Source: Bacillota bacterium
Lineage (GTDB): Bacteria; Bacillota; Clostridia; Peptostreptococcales; Anaerovoracaceae
Direction: 5' to 3'
Length of the DNA stretch: 64,000 nt
NCBI GenBank assembly: GCA_028724585.1
Contig: JAQYCQ010000036.1
Span: forward strand, 2,693 to 66,692
Part shown: in pieces, positions 1-8,475 of the stretch
Position numbering within the stretch: position 1 is the stretch's first letter
How the letters are laid out: every line of letters starts with the position of its first letter
Position numbers and translations under genes: made by a program
The notes under the pieces: generated by a model
What the model saw: the letters and a program-made list of their open reading frames with translations, nothing else
What the model was told of the DNA's origin: nothing
Databases searched by the model: none

Positions 1-146
1 ACAGGGTCTACGCTCCTGCCAGATTCCTCGCTGAATCCTACGGCTATGATGTCGGATGGGACGGCCCTAACCGTATCGTGACCATCAATGCCAGCGACGA
101 CTGGATCTCATATATCATGAAGGAATTCGGCGATATAGACGTATAA
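1..146 (+). CDS. C-terminal fragment of a copper-amine-oxidase N-terminal ('stalk') domain-like protein; the 5' end lies outside the window
   Basis: Frame 3 reads RVYAPARFLAESYGYDVGWDGPNRIVTINASDDWISYIMKEFGDIDV and stops at TAA 144-146. The R.Y.P.RF..E..G..V.WD...TI pattern is typical of this domain. Confidence 0.45.
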   Translation, partial: RVYAPARFLAESYGYDVGWDGPNRIVTINASDDWISYIMKEFGDIDV

Positions 147-173
147 ATAAAAATACTGATTTTATGATAATAC

Positions 174-201
174 AGGCAGTCCTTCGAGACTGTCTTTTTT
201 T
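174..201 (+). terminator. Rho-independent terminator
   Basis: The stem aggcagtc / gactgtct (one G-T wobble) has the loop cttcga and is followed by a T7 run. Confidence 0.7.
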
Positions 202-308
202 ATGGTATTAGGTTATGATATAGATAAATATTATTGACATTGCATATTATTTTGATATGGAAACAGTCGAAAGGAGAGAGCCGGCGCGGATCGGCCAGAG
301 GATGTGAT

Positions 309-1238
309 ATGGATAAAAGGTTTCTGTTCGGATCGTTCGTTTCAACTGTGTTTATAGGGATCATGGCTGCTGCTTCGCAGGCCGTTGGCAGCCTGGAGGT
401 CATATTCCCGGAAGCCGCGGCGCTGCTGCTGGGGTCTTTTATCATGCCGGCCATGCCGTGGAAGGTGAAGCATATAGTCATGACCGCGGAGATGACCTTC
501 TGCGCGGCGGCGGGACTGGTCATAAGCAGGTACATGGAGGCTCCCGTCTATTTTAAGATGCTGCTCGCGGCAGCGGTAGTATTCCTGCTGCTGCCTGCTG
601 CGGGAAATACCCTGACTCCGTCTGTATCAGCCTGCGTGCTGCCTGTGCTGGTGGGAGCCAGAGCCTGGATCTATGTGGTGTCCGTAGCTGTGACGGCGGC
701 TGTATGCGATCTGGGCAGTTACATATTGGAACGGCGCGGGAAGGACAATGCCGGTGAAAGATCTGTTTCCAGACAGATTATGATACCTCTCTGGAGCCGT
801 ATGTTCCCGGTCCTGGCCGTTATCCTGCTGCTGCCGGGGCTGAGCGGACAGCTGTATTTTACCGCGCCTCCGCTGATAGTGGCATTTACCGCCCTCTGCG
901 GTCCGGGCATGGCGGGCAGGGATTCGAAAAATCCGCCCGTAAAGACGATACTGCTCTTTTTCCTGACATCTTCTATCGGCTATCTGTGCAGGCTGCTCTG
1001 CGATAATACCGCGCTGCCGCTCGCTGTATGCGTCATGCTGGCGGCGCTGGCGGCCTGGACAGTGATCACAGCTTCAGGCAGGTATTTTCCACCTGCCGCT
1101 GCCCTGGCGGTGCTCCCTTTCATACTTCCGGCGACTGCTCTATGGCGCTATCCGCTGGAGGTCACCGCCGGCATAGCTATATATTACGCGGGCGCGCTGA
1201 TAGTAGACTTGTGGATGAGAAAAAACAATAAGAGATAG
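309..1238 (+). CDS. Polytopic integral membrane protein of unknown function, possibly HPP-family-like
   Basis: The ORF track gives 234..1238. I prefer ATG 309 (MDKRF...) because AGAGGA lies 7 nt upstream. The protein is very hydrophobic throughout, with a reiterated (F/T)P..A..L.. motif, for example FPEAAALLLG and FPPAAALAVL. The TTGACA at 234 is more likely a -35 box than a start codon. Confidence 0.6.
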   Translation: MDKRFLFGSFVSTVFIGIMAAASQAVGSLEVIFPEAAALLLGSFIMPAMPWKVKHIVMTAEMTFCAAAGLVISRYMEAPVYFKMLLAAAVVFLLLPAAGNTLTPSVSACVLPVLVGARAWIYVVSVAVTAAVCDLGSYILERRGKDNAGERSVSRQIMIPLWSRMFPVLAVILLLPGLSGQLYFTAPPLIVAFTALCGPGMAGRDSKNPPVKTILLFFLTSSIGYLCRLLCDNTALPLAVCVMLAALAAWTVITASGRYFPPAAALAVLPFILPATALWRYPLEVTAGIAIYYAGALIVDLWMRKNNKR

Positions 1239-1330
1239 TGGAACTGTTTTTCTCACTATGTGAAATCCATCCTTTTCTCATGATATAATCATAATAAGAA
1301 GGATCAGCAGAGCGCGGGAAGGGGAGAACA

Positions 1331-2107
1331 GTGAACGAACGCAGCAGAAAAGAGAAGAGAAAGACCAGCGTGTTCAGGGCTGTATTTATAGCCTTCATCG
1401 CTGTGGCTCTGCTCATAGCCGGCTTTCGCGTGATCCACACCTACAGCATGTACAGAGAAGCGAGGACCGAGTACGATTCGCTGCGCAATGAGGCTGTCAA
1501 AGTAAACGAGAAGGCGCTCTTCGACAGCTCGTATCCTCCCGTTAGTGTCGATTTCGACAGGCTCAAAGAAAAGAATCCTGATATCCGCGCCTGGGTCTGC
1601 ATAGCTCCGATTGAGACCAGCTATCCGGTGGTGAGAGGAAGAGATAATTTCTATTACAGGAACAGGACCTTTATGGAAAAGGAAAACAGCGCGGGCTGTA
1701 TCTATATAGACTACAGATCAGACAGCGGCTTCAACGATCCTAACACGGTGATATATGGAGCGGCTGTCAAAAACGGTTCCATGTTTGGTTCTCTGCATAA
1801 GATCTCAAAAGACCATACCTTTTCGACAGATCCATATATCTGGGTGATGGTGCCGGGAAAGTCTATGCGTTACAGGATATTCAGCATCCATGAAGATGTA
1901 AGGGGATCCGGGGTATACTCCTTCTTCAACGGAAAGGACAGCGGGTTCGTCCAGTATGCCCAGAAAATGGCTTCGGAATCGGATATACCGCTGGATATAC
2001 CGGAGTTCAGTAAGTCGAGCAGGGTGATCACTCTGTCGGCAGAGACTTCTGAGGGCAGAGGAAACTACGTGGTACAGGCGGTACTCGACAAAACGGTGGA
2101 ATCCTGA
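1331..2107 (+). CDS. Class B sortase homologue lacking the His/Cys/Arg catalytic triad (pseudo-sortase)
   Basis: GTG start with an AGGGGAG RBS and an N-terminal membrane anchor. It aligns clearly with SrtB through NPDIRAWV...SYPVV.G.DN.YY, AGCIYIDYR and NTVIYG..V.NGSMFGSL. However, the YGH histidine is Ala (codon 1760-1762), the TLSTC cysteine position reads TLSAE (Glu, 2042-2044), and the R.VV arginine reads NYVV. Confidence 0.75.
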   Translation: MNERSRKEKRKTSVFRAVFIAFIAVALLIAGFRVIHTYSMYREARTEYDSLRNEAVKVNEKALFDSSYPPVSVDFDRLKEKNPDIRAWVCIAPIETSYPVVRGRDNFYYRNRTFMEKENSAGCIYIDYRSDSGFNDPNTVIYGAAVKNGSMFGSLHKISKDHTFSTDPYIWVMVPGKSMRYRIFSIHEDVRGSGVYSFFNGKDSGFVQYAQKMASESDIPLDIPEFSKSSRVITLSAETSEGRGNYVVQAVLDKTVES

Positions 2108-2115
2108 CAGGCCGG

Positions 2116-2149
2116 CTGCCCGGAGGGCAGTCATGTGCCGGGACGGCAC
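2116..2149. repeat. Twin GC hairpins with GGA triloops
   Basis: CTGCCC-GGA-GGGCAG (2116-2130) and GTGCCG-GGA-CGGCAC (2135-2149). Both stems are perfect 6 bp, and the two hairpins are separated by 4 nt. Confidence 0.8.
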
Positions 2150-2189
2150 GCAGGCTGAGGATCTTCGGAAGATCAATATCGGTAATTTC

Positions 2190-2226
2190 AGCAGAGCGGG
2201 CGCAGAAGCGTCTGCTCATTTTTTGT
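2190..2226 (+). terminator. Possible terminator of the sortase-like gene
   Basis: The stem AGCAGA/TCTGCT encloses a 15-nt loop and is followed by cattttttg. This is a weak candidate. Confidence 0.35.
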
Positions 2227-2227
2227 A

Positions 2228-2256
2228 TTGACATATACCCCAACGGGGTATATATT
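2228..2256 (+). promoter_or_regulatory. Sigma-A type promoter of csoR-copA
   Basis: TTGACA (2228-2233), an exact 17-nt spacer, then TATATT (2251-2256). The spacer is the first CsoR-type palindrome. Confidence 0.7.
2233..2253. promoter_or_regulatory. CsoR-type operator 1
   Basis: ATATACCCC-aac-GGGGTATAT has perfect 9-bp arms and a G/C tract flanked by AT, as in known CsoR operators. It overlaps the promoter spacer. Confidence 0.7.
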
Positions 2257-2268
2257 GTCATCAGATCG

Positions 2269-2287
2269 GATACCCATGGAGGGTATC
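2269..2287. promoter_or_regulatory. CsoR-type operator 2
   Basis: GATACCC-atgga-GGGTATC has 7-bp arms and lies between the promoter and the csoR RBS. Confidence 0.6.
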
Positions 2288-2321
2288 TGAGCATGGGGGT
2301 TAATAATTAGGAGGGAGAAAA

Positions 2322-2639
2322 ATGGACAAAAACAGCTGCACAGGGAAATGCGAACAGTGTAAGCGTACCAAGGACCGTTCTCCTGAGGAATACAAGTCGC
2401 TTATGAACAGGCTCAGCAGGATAGAGGGCCAGATACGCGGTATCAAGAGGATGGTCGAGGAGGACGCTTACTGCATCGATATCCTCACCCAGTCAGCCGC
2501 GGTGACGGCGGCTATGAATTCTTTTAATAAAGAGCTGCTGGCCAACCATATCAGGACCTGTGTCGCGGAGGATATAAGGAACGGCAATGACGAAACGATA
2601 GAGGAGCTGGTAAAGACCATCCAGAAGCTCATGAGGTAG
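2322..2639 (+). CDS. csoR: CsoR-family copper-sensing transcriptional repressor
   Basis: 105 aa containing [12 protein letters not shown] and the C-H-C ligand set (AYCIDIL ... HIRTC). GGAGGGAG RBS. Confidence 0.9.
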   Translation: MDKNSCTGKCEQCKRTKDRSPEEYKSLMNRLSRIEGQIRGIKRMVEEDAYCIDILTQSAAVTAAMNSFNKELLANHIRTCVAEDIRNGNDETIEELVKTIQKLMR

Positions 2640-2653
2640 AGAGGAGTGAAATT

Positions 2654-5245
2654 TTGGACAAATATAATGTTACCGGCATGAGCTGCGCGGCATGCAGCGC
2701 CCATGTCGAAAAGGCGGTCAGCAAGGTGCCCGGAGTGGACAAGGTACAGGTAAACCTGCTTACAAATTCAATGACCGTAGAAGGATCGGCGCTGGTCGCA
2801 GAGATAGTGGCGGCTGTCGACAAGGCGGGCTACGGCGCTTCGCTGGCCGGCGGGAGCGGTCAGCAGCAGGCTGCGTCAGGCCTGGATGAGCTCAGGGATA
2901 CTGAGACTCCAGCCATGGTAAAGCGCCTGGCGGCATCGGTGGTCTTCCTGCTCATACTCATGTATTTCTCCATGGGCCACATGATGTGGGGATGGCCTCT
3001 GCCGGGATTTCTGGTGGACAACCATGTCGGTATGGGTATCGTGCAGATGCTCCTGGCCGGCATCGTTATGATCATCAACCAGAAGTTCTTCGTCAACGGC
3101 TTTAAGGGCGCCATCCACGGCGGGCCTAATATGGATACTCTGGTGGCTATGGGTTCAGGCGTATCGTTCGCGTGGAGCGTTTATGTGCTGCTCGATATGA
3201 CTGTCGCTGTGGTGAACGGCAGCGACACGAGGGTCATGAGCGATATGAACCAGCTCTATTTTGAGTCGGCCGCTATGATACTGGCGCTGATAACGATAGG
3301 AAAGACTCTGGAATCCTACTCTAAAGGGCGTACTACTGACGCCCTGAAGGGACTTATGAAGCTGGCACCTGAAACGGCGGTCCTGGTAAGGGACGGACAG
3401 GAAGTTGAGGTCAAGGTGGACCAGGTTCAGCCGGGTGACATCTTCGCCGTAAGGCCGGGAGCGAAGATCCCTGTCGACGGAGTCGTCGTAGAGGGAGCCA
3501 GCGCCGTAGACGAGTCGGCGCTGACAGGCGAAAGCATTCCTGTCGATAAAGAAACAGGAGACAGTGTTTCCGGAGGAACGGTCAACACTTCCGGCTACAT
3601 CAGATGCCGTGCCACCAGGGTCGGAAACGACACAGCCCTGTCGAAGATCATCAGCATGGTCGGGGACGCGGCAGCTTCCAAGGCTCCTATAGCGAGACTG
3701 GCTGACAGGGTGAGCGGTGTATTCGTGCCGGCGGTGCTCCTCATAGCGCTGGCGACATTCATCATCTGGATGCTGGTCGGCCAGAGTGTGGGATTTTCCC
3801 TGGCCAGGGCGATCTCCGTACTGGTCATCAGCTGCCCGTGCGCGCTGGGTCTCGCTACTCCTGTAGCTATCATGGTAGGAAACGGTATGGGAGCTAAGCA
3901 CGGGATCCTCTTTAAGACCGCTGAGACTCTGGAGTCAGCCGGGAAGGTTCAGATCATAGCTCTGGACAAGACGGGAACAATCACCGAAGGAAGGCCTTCA
4001 GTAACAGATATCATACCTGAGGAGGGTATGACTGAAGAGGATCTCATGACGACAGCGGCTTCCCTGGAAAGCAGGAGCGAGCACCCGCTGGCGGCAGCCA
4101 TCATGGACTGGGCGGAGGAGCATGACGTAAAGCTGGCGGAGATAGACGGATTCAAGATCCTCTCTGGCAGCGGACTTACTGCTAAGATTGGCGGGAGTAC
4201 AGTCACAGGAGGAAACCTGAAGTTCATAGAGAGCAAGGCTGAGGTATCAGACATGCTCAGGAGGAAGGCGGACGAGCTTGCCGACAAGGGCAGGACTCCT
4301 ATGTTCTTTGCCAGAGACGGCAGGGTCATAGGTATCGTTGCGGCGGCCGATACTATAAAGCCTGAGAGTGCCGAAGCTATACAGCAGCTCAGGAATATGG
4401 GCATCCATACGGTAATGCTCACAGGCGACAACGCGCGCACAGCCAGGGCGGTAGGCGCCGCGGCAGGCGTCGACGAGGTCGTGGCAGGCGTGCTCCCTGA
4501 CGGCAAGGAAAAAGTCATCAGGCAGCTCCAGCAGAGAGGCAAAGTTGCCATGGTCGGAGACGGCATAAACGATGCTCCGGCGCTCACAAGAGCCGATACA
4601 GGCATAGCCATAGGCGCCGGTACAGATGTCGCCATAGACGCGGCAGATGTAGTCCTTATGAACAGCAGACTGACAGACGTTCCGGCGGCGGTAAGGCTCA
4701 GCAGGGCCACCATCCGCAACATCAAGGAAAATCTGGGCTGGGCCTTCATCTACAACGTCATCTGCATACCGGTAGCCGCCGGCCTGTTCATTAACCTCAA
4801 CGGCTGGGCTATGAACCCTATGCTGGGCGCTCTCGCCATGAGCTTATCCAGCGTATGCGTAGTTTCCAACGCCCTCAGGCTAAACCTCTTTAAGCTGAAC
4901 GACAGCAGACGTGACAAGCCTGTTAAGAACGCGATAGAGCCGGGCGAATGCATCATAGAAGAGACATCAGCGGAGATATCCGATGATATAAACAAAAACG
5001 ACGATTTAACAGACAAGAAAACCACAACGGGGGAAAACGAAATGGAAAAAACTATCAAGATCAAAGGCATGATGTGCACACACTGCGAAGACCACGTAAG
5101 AAAGTCACTGGAATCACTTCCACAGGTAGACAGCGCCGCGCCAAGCCACGAAGCAGGCGAAGCTGTCCTCCAGCTCAACGCGGATGTTGCCGAGGCTGAT
5201 CTCAAGAAGGCTGTAGAGGAGGCTGGCTACGAATTCATCGGCTAG
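2654..5245 (+). CDS. copA: Copper-translocating P1B-type ATPase with N- and C-terminal HMA domains
   Basis: TTG start after AGAGGAG. Contains GMSCAACS (N-terminal HMA), TGES, the CPC motif ([11 protein letters not shown]), DKTGT and GDGINDAP, plus a second HMA ([11 protein letters not shown]) in the last ~70 aa. Confidence 0.93.
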   Translation: MDKYNVTGMSCAACSAHVEKAVSKVPGVDKVQVNLLTNSMTVEGSALVAEIVAAVDKAGYGASLAGGSGQQQAASGLDELRDTETPAMVKRLAASVVFLLILMYFSMGHMMWGWPLPGFLVDNHVGMGIVQMLLAGIVMIINQKFFVNGFKGAIHGGPNMDTLVAMGSGVSFAWSVYVLLDMTVAVVNGSDTRVMSDMNQLYFESAAMILALITIGKTLESYSKGRTTDALKGLMKLAPETAVLVRDGQEVEVKVDQVQPGDIFAVRPGAKIPVDGVVVEGASAVDESALTGESIPVDKETGDSVSGGTVNTSGYIRCRATRVGNDTALSKIISMVGDAAASKAPIARLADRVSGVFVPAVLLIALATFIIWMLVGQSVGFSLARAISVLVISCPCALGLATPVAIMVGNGMGAKHGILFKTAETLESAGKVQIIALDKTGTITEGRPSVTDIIPEEGMTEEDLMTTAASLESRSEHPLAAAIMDWAEEHDVKLAEIDGFKILSGSGLTAKIGGSTVTGGNLKFIESKAEVSDMLRRKADELADKGRTPMFFARDGRVIGIVAAADTIKPESAEAIQQLRNMGIHTVMLTGDNARTARAVGAAAGVDEVVAGVLPDGKEKVIRQLQQRGKVAMVGDGINDAPALTRADTGIAIGAGTDVAIDAADVVLMNSRLTDVPAAVRLSRATIRNIKENLGWAFIYNVICIPVAAGLFINLNGWAMNPMLGALAMSLSSVCVVSNALRLNLFKLNDSRRDKPVKNAIEPGECIIEETSAEISDDINKNDDLTDKKTTTGENEMEKTIKIKGMMCTHCEDHVRKSLESLPQVDSAAPSHEAGEAVLQLNADVAEADLKKAVEEAGYEFIG

Positions 5246-5640
5246 AGCTTGTTAAAATTTCCTCTGACGTTGTCAGCTTCGCTGTTCTGCGGTGCTCACG
5301 TACTGCGTGTACGCTCCGCTCCTCGACAGCTCGCTTCCTAGTCAGAGAAAATTTTTCCTGCGCTCTGGTGCAATATAAAATAGTAGTATCTAAGAACGCA
5401 CAGCTTCACTGTTCTGCGGTGCTCACGTACTACGTGTACGCTCCGCTCCTCGGCAGCTTGCTTCCTCGCCAGAGAAAATTTTTCCTGCGCTCTGGTGCAA
5501 TATAAAATAGTATTATCTAAGAACGCTCAGCTTCACTGTTCTGCGGTGTTCACGTACTACGGGTACGCTCCGCTCCTCGACAGCTCGCTTCCTAGTCAGA
5601 GAAAATTTTTCCTGCGCTCTGACGAAATAGTATCTAGGCG
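5246..5640. repeat. Tandem repeat with a 127-bp unit: a partial lead-in, two full copies and one diverged copy
   Basis: Units start at 5274, 5401 and 5528 (cagcttc(a/g)ctgttctgcggtg...). Copies differ at only a few positions, and the third decays after ctgcgctctga. Each unit holds an imperfect hairpin (gcggtgctcacgta/tacgtgtacgctccgc) and a tgcaatataaaat element. Confidence 0.9.
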
Positions 5641-5652
5641 CGCTCCGCGCGC
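5638..5652. repeat. GC hairpin with a TCC triloop
   Basis: GCGCGC-TCC-GCGCGC. Confidence 0.75.
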
Positions 5653-5783
5653 GCTGCTCACGCTGCAGAGGCGTTCGGCTGCTCGCGGCGTAAAGCAGCC
5701 GGCTGCTTTCGCCGAAGCAATTTTGCAGCGAAAGCAATGTCAGCGGAGCTGTCGCAGGTCGGCGGATCCTTTGAAATTTAACC

Positions 5784-5810
5784 GGGCTGGTCATAGACCA
5801 GTCCTTTTTT
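5784..5810 (+). terminator. Rho-independent terminator ending the copA 3' region
   Basis: GGGCTGGTC-ata-GACCAGTCC (9 bp, one G-T wobble) followed by T6. It lies 540 nt after the copA stop codon. Confidence 0.75.
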
Positions 5811-5944
5811 CGTACCCCGATATCACACGAAGATGACGAATAGGGTTTTTGTTAAAAAAAAACAAGGTTGTACTTTCTTGTTACAGGCATTAAAATGTAC
5901 TTATGAGTTCAATACAATTCAGCTGAAGCACGGGAGCAGAGCTT

Positions 5945-6763
5945 ATGGCAGCTATCGACCTAAACAAATTTTACAGCGGGCTGGACCGGATTTTTGCGAA
6001 ATTCGACCCTAAAGCCGTCCAGGAATACCTGGAGAAAAATCTCGCTGAGGCCGATGCCTCCGGCGACATAAAGGGCGCGACCGCTGTGCTCAACGAGCTG
6101 AGCGGGCTGTATCGCGTACAGGGCAGGTTCGCCGACGCTGTAGAAGCGTCGAACAGGTCACTTTACAACCTGAGGCAGATGGGCCAGAAGGATACTGAAA
6201 ATTACGCCACCGCCCTTATAAACCTTGCGGATATATATGTAGCCGCGGGCCGTTATAAGGAAGCTCTGGATATGTTCAGGTCGGCCGAGAATATACTGGT
6301 ATCGCTGGGCCTTCAGGAAGACTATCGGATGGCTGCTCTCTATAATAACATAAGCTCCGTCTACAGGGCGCTGGGAGACAGGTATATGGCGCTGGAGACC
6401 GCGAATAAAGCTATGGAGATCATAGAAAACCATGATTTCGGAGCGGACGTGGAGACGGATATCGCTACTACGTGCATAAACCTGGGTGAGGCTCAGATAT
6501 CCTGCGGAATATACGATGATGCGGAGAAGAACCTCAACAGGGCCTGCGAGATATACGCGAGACGTACAGGAAACAGGGACGGCCATTATCCGGCCGCTCT
6601 ATACGCGCTGGCGCGCCTTGCTGTAAGGCGGGGCGATTATGAGTCAGCCGAAAAAAACATATCAGAAGCGATGCGTCTTGTTGAAAACGTATCGGGCAGG
6701 GGAAAATATTATCAGACTCTGGCGCGCGCCCTCGAGGCGGTCAGAGAACGGAGGAATCGTTAA
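5945..6763 (+). CDS. Tetratricopeptide-repeat protein
   Basis: 272 aa with repeated A..Y..LA..Y...G.Y..A TPR-like units. Confidence 0.8.
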   Translation: MAAIDLNKFYSGLDRIFAKFDPKAVQEYLEKNLAEADASGDIKGATAVLNELSGLYRVQGRFADAVEASNRSLYNLRQMGQKDTENYATALINLADIYVAAGRYKEALDMFRSAENILVSLGLQEDYRMAALYNNISSVYRALGDRYMALETANKAMEIIENHDFGADVETDIATTCINLGEAQISCGIYDDAEKNLNRACEIYARRTGNRDGHYPAALYALARLAVRRGDYESAEKNISEAMRLVENVSGRGKYYQTLARALEAVRERRNR

Positions 6764-7695
6764 TGAAGGGCTTGACACTGGCCAGAGAATTTTATCAGAC
6801 CTATGGACGCGAAATGCTGGAGACGCGCTTCGGCTCCTATATCAAATACATGGCTATGGGCCTTGTAGGAGAGGGATCAGAGTGCTACGGATACGATGAC
6901 GAGTATTCGAGAGACCATGACTTCGGACCGGATTTCTGCATATGGATGCCTTACGATGTCTATAAGGAGATCGGGGCTGATGTGCTGCGCGCTTACGATG
7001 AGCTTCCGGGTCAGTATCTGGGATTCGAGAGACAGCCTCAGCAGCTTAAGGTCATGAGGCGCGGTGTTATCCCGATCGAGGAATTTTACTTTAAGTATAC
7101 GGCATGCCGTGATGTCCCGGATTCTAACGTGAAATGGCTCAGGATCCCGGAAAACTTCCTCTCCATCGCTACAAACGGAGAGATCTTCGAGGACAGGCTG
7201 GGCGAGATGACGCGCATAAGAAAAGCCCTGATCGATTTCTATCCGGAGGATGTGCTGAGGAAGAAGCTTGCGGCCAGAGCCGCTATCATGGCTCAGTCGG
7301 GGCAGTATAATTACGGCCGCTGTATGAAGCGGGGCGATGCTGCCGCGGCCTATCTTTCATGCCAGAAATTCGTGGACGCTTCTCTTTCCGCGGTCTTCCT
7401 TCTCAACAGGGCCTACATTCCTTATTACAAATGGTCTTTCCGCGCGGCGGAGGATCTGAAGGCAATGAAAATGACTGTCGAAAAGATCAAGGCACTAACG
7501 GCGATCCCAGACAGGAAAGAAAACACACAGCTGAAGCTCAATATTATCGAAGACATCTGCAAGGATGTCGGCAGGGAACTCAACTCACAGGGATTTTCAA
7601 GATCGCATGACGCATTTCTGCAGATGCATCTCGAAGATATAATGTCCGGCATAAAAGATCCTATTATAAGGAGTATGCATGTGATGGCCGAATAA
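6763..7695 (+). CDS. DUF4037-type protein with a putative minimal nucleotidyltransferase fold
   Basis: The start ATG overlaps the TPR gene stop (TAATG). The N-terminus GLVGEGSECYGYDDEYSRDHDFGPDFC matches my recollection of DUF4037 and fits the GS...D.D NTase pattern. Confidence 0.65.
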   Translation: MKGLTLAREFYQTYGREMLETRFGSYIKYMAMGLVGEGSECYGYDDEYSRDHDFGPDFCIWMPYDVYKEIGADVLRAYDELPGQYLGFERQPQQLKVMRRGVIPIEEFYFKYTACRDVPDSNVKWLRIPENFLSIATNGEIFEDRLGEMTRIRKALIDFYPEDVLRKKLAARAAIMAQSGQYNYGRCMKRGDAAAAYLSCQKFVDASLSAVFLLNRAYIPYYKWSFRAAEDLKAMKMTVEKIKALTAIPDRKENTQLKLNIIEDICKDVGRELNSQGFSRSHDAFLQMHLEDIMSGIKDPIIRSMHVMAE

Positions 7696-7722
7696 CGGCC
7701 GAAAACTTGGAGGTTGAAATTT

Positions 7723-8337
7723 ATGATCAGGTTTTTGAAGGACGAGACAGCGAAGGATAAGGTGATCAACAGTATCATCGCTGAAGAATGGGAAATGTTC
7801 GACAAAGTCCAGAACGTAAACGGCAGGGCTGTGTGTCAGGATGACGCAAAGACTTTCTACATCATGAGATACGGCCAGTTCTCGGTTCTCTCTGATGAAA
7901 CTCTCGAGAGCTATCTCTCAGATCTGAGAGTATCCAAGAACGCAGGCATCAACATGGTTGCGCTCAAGTACGCTTACATGATGAAGTTCACAGATTACGC
8001 ATACTATGACGATAATCTTAGAAAGAACGTTCCGCCTGTAACAAGCGAAAAGGAAGAACTGGTAACAGGAATCGTAGCAAAGCTGGAAGAATACCAGAAG
8101 GCTTTCGCTGCTAAGTACCCTAAGTTCGCTTCACGTCAGCGCACAACTGCTGAAGGAGTAAATGAAACTTCTATCAGCGCTTACGCTACAGGTGAGCTCG
8201 AGACTTACACACCGATGACTCTTAAGCTCGTGCAGAAGGATGTAGAAGCTGATCCGGCTATCCTCGAAAAGATGCAGAATGTTGTAGCTGCACTTTCAGG
8301 CTATACAAGCCTCAGCGAAGCAGAGGCAGCTCTCTAA
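7723..8337 (+). CDS. DUF4125-like protein
   Basis: The ORF track starts at TTG 7714. ATG 7723 sits 9 nt after GGAGG. The family call comes from remembered sequence character (..EW.MFD.V.N..GRA.CQDD..TF..MR) and has not been searched. Confidence 0.55.
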   Translation: MIRFLKDETAKDKVINSIIAEEWEMFDKVQNVNGRAVCQDDAKTFYIMRYGQFSVLSDETLESYLSDLRVSKNAGINMVALKYAYMMKFTDYAYYDDNLRKNVPPVTSEKEELVTGIVAKLEEYQKAFAAKYPKFASRQRTTAEGVNETSISAYATGELETYTPMTLKLVQKDVEADPAILEKMQNVVAALSGYTSLSEAEAAL

Positions 8338-8412
8338 AAAGAACTGCTGATGTAACGGAGGACGGAAACAGGGTATCGGGTGGTCCGCTGCTCCGTAAGA
8401 TTTAATGAAACG

Positions 8413-8452
8413 AAAAAGGCATCTGCCGGGAAAACCGGCGGATGCCTTTTTT
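8413..8452. terminator. Bidirectional terminator between convergent genes
   Basis: aaaaaGGCATCtGCCGG-gaaaa-CCGGCgGATGCCtttttt, with A-run and T-run flanks. Confidence 0.8.
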
Positions 8453-8475
8453 AATACAGTCCGTATTAATCTTTG

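Noticed and set aside
234-308. The TTG start at 234 given by the ORF track for the membrane protein
   Set aside because: That TTG is part of a TTGACA hexamer in an AT-rich promoter-like stretch. The added 25 residues are hydrophilic and atypical, and ATG 309 has a properly spaced AGAGGA.
5274-5640. Possible CRISPR array
   Set aside because: The 127-bp units are directly contiguous with no unique spacers, are far longer than CRISPR repeats, and have no cas genes nearby. This is a plain tandem repeat.
5495-5836. ORFs across the tandem repeat (113 aa on the + strand; 93 aa on the - strand at 5513-5794)
   Set aside because: Neither ORF has an RBS. Their sequences are just the repeat read in frame, with low-complexity Arg/Ser/Leu-rich translations, and they overlap each other on opposite strands.
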